Source of the DNA: a virus
Lineage: Duplodnaviria > Caudoviricetes
IMG/VR virus record: IMGVR_UViG_3300020388_000056
Coordinates: 1 to 27,437 of that record
Length of the DNA: 27,437 bases
Direction: 5' to 3' (one strand)
In this document: positions 26,179 through 27,437 of the stretch, piece after piece
Numbering within the stretch: the first letter of the stretch is position 1
Layout of the letters: each line of letters begins with the position of its first letter
Position numbers and translations under genes: made by a program
The notes under the pieces: generated by a model
Databases searched by the model: none
Told to the model about the DNA's origin: nothing
The model's input: the letters and a program-made list of their open reading frames with translations, nothing else

Positions 26179-26379
26179 ATGGCAAAGAAAAAAGTAAAAG
26201 ATTATCCTGACTTAGTTAAAGATACAGCTACGCAGACGATTATAAATACTAATAGTAGAGCTTTTGAAGCAAGAAGAGAACAAATCTTAGTTTCGAAAGA
26301 ACGTGAAAACGAAATACAAAACATCAAGGCAGATATTGCTGAGATTAAAAAACTTTTAAAGGGATTAAGTAAGAAATAA
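26179..26379 (+). CDS. small conserved hypothetical protein (66 aa)
   Basis: LVKD..T..IINT motif and C-terminal coiled coil, typical of the small ORF that follows VrlC-like genes (from recall); TAATG coupling downstream. Confidence 0.75.
   Translation: MAKKKVKDYPDLVKDTATQTIINTNSRAFEARREQILVSKERENEIQNIKADIAEIKKLLKGLSKK
26241..26248 (+). promoter_or_regulatory. possible late promoter for the fibre-like gene
   Basis: Exact TATAAATA 130 nt upstream of ATG 26379, but intragenic. Confidence 0.3.
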
Positions 26380-27437
26380 TGGCTAATAAAGAAACTAGAA
26401 TACTTAAAAGTAATACCTTAGAACAGTTTAGACAGAAGGCAAATGAAATATCATTACACTTAGGTGATAATGATTTATTAGTTGCTGACTTAGCGGATAA
26501 AGTAGTTGACTTTACTAATCCAGGAGCTGGTACTAATTTATTACAATCAACATCGTTACAATTTAATTTAAAACCAGAAGAAACACTAGATAACACTGGT
26601 GGGTATATTATTCTTAAAGGGGCAGTAAATAGTGATGTTGCAAGTATTAGTGTAGGAGATACACTGACACAATCAGGTGGTTTCTCATGTAAAGTAGTTT
26701 CTAAGTCAACAACTAAATTATTAGTAAGTAATACATCAGGTACATTTAATCCAGCTCAAAATTTAGGTTCAATTAATGCAAGTAAGTTAGAAAGAAGAGT
26801 TACTGAAATATACAAGGTAGGTAATCTTAGAGTATTTAAAAATGGTACTGAGCTTACTCAAGATTTAAGTGCTAATGGTTTTCACGTTGTAAACTTTTCA
26901 GCAAAAGTAGTACTTTCAAATAACCCAACACTTACAGGTTTCGAAGAAGGAGCAACTGTAACAGCATCAGGATTTACTGGTGTAGTATTACGAGCAACTC
27001 CTACATTATTATTATTCAAATCACATACTGGTACTTTTGCAGCAAATGCGACATTAACAAGTAATGCAAGTGGTAGTCCAACAATAGCTGGTTCTGATCA
27101 TGCAACAATAGCAACTGTAGATACAACATTCGGAAATGCCATCGAACTTAATACAGATATTACAAATGCTACTGATGATGTTCAAATTAAAACTGGTACT
27201 TTAGTTGATGCTATCAACGAATTACAAGATGACATTGGTACAATAGGGTCTCTTTCAGCAGATATTGCAAATAGAACAGACCTCGTTACATCAATCAATT
27301 CATTACAAAGCGCAATTGGTACAGCAGATATAGCATCTGTTGATACAGGCGATTCAGGAAATACATTAAGAGCTGGCTTAGTACAATTACACGATGAAAT
27401 CGGCTCCATGAGTTTAAATACAGCAAATACAGCTGAT
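26379..27437 (+). CDS. tail fibre-like structural protein, truncated by the window end (at least 353 aa; not in ORF track)
   Basis: Open from MANKETRILKSNTLEQFRQKANEI to the last base. Gly/Thr/Ser-rich, with helical repeats TLVDAINELQDDIG / DLVTSINSLQSAIG / TLRAGLVQLHDEIG. Confidence 0.8.
   Translation, partial: MANKETRILKSNTLEQFRQKANEISLHLGDNDLLVADLADKVVDFTNPGAGTNLLQSTSLQFNLKPEETLDNTGGYIILKGAVNSDVASISVGDTLTQSGGFSCKVVSKSTTKLLVSNTSGTFNPAQNLGSINASKLERRVTEIYKVGNLRVFKNGTELTQDLSANGFHVVNFSAKVVLSNNPTLTGFEEGATVTASGFTGVVLRATPTLLLFKSHTGTFAANATLTSNASGSPTIAGSDHATIATVDTTFGNAIELNTDITNATDDVQIKTGTLVDAINELQDDIGTIGSLSADIANRTDLVTSINSLQSAIGTADIASVDTGDSGNTLRAGLVQLHDEIGSMSLNTANTAD

Noticed and set aside
11741-27409. 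Short ORFs inside baseplate genes (11741-11962, 13082-13303, 14349-14615, 14742-14936, 18621-18860, 20234-20503, 25054-25287, 26345-26596, 27182-27409)
   Set aside because: They overlap conserved structural genes and have no independent support.

Overview
AT-rich fragment of a T4-like myovirus genome with the gene content and order typical of aquatic T4-like phages. From left to right it holds four blocks. (1) A tRNA-Glu(UUC) and a sigma70-driven block of small, translationally coupled hypothetical genes, four of them missed by the ORF track. (2) A 369-aa unknown, a Prx5-type peroxiredoxin and the gp33-gp59-gp32 cluster, ending at a terminator. (3) A minus-strand late operon: gp4, gp2, a gp54/gp19-like tube protein, gp26, gp51, a membrane protein and a probable tape measure. 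(4) A plus-strand late baseplate operon: gp48, gp53, gp27-like, a short gp5, gp25, gp6, gp7-like, gp8, a 1773-aa VrlC-like protein, a small ORF and a fibre-like ORF running off the end. The strongest candidate for an undescribed mechanism is a programmed -1 frameshift joining gp26 to a start-less gp51 frame between the tube and tape-measure genes, in the lambda G/GT arrangement. Also notable are four 11-bp Pho/Arc-box-like repeats upstream of an early promoter, a hairpin whose loop is antisense to a whole ribosome-binding region, and late promoters placed to give leaderless mRNAs. Gene calls come from recalled motifs and synteny; no database search was run.
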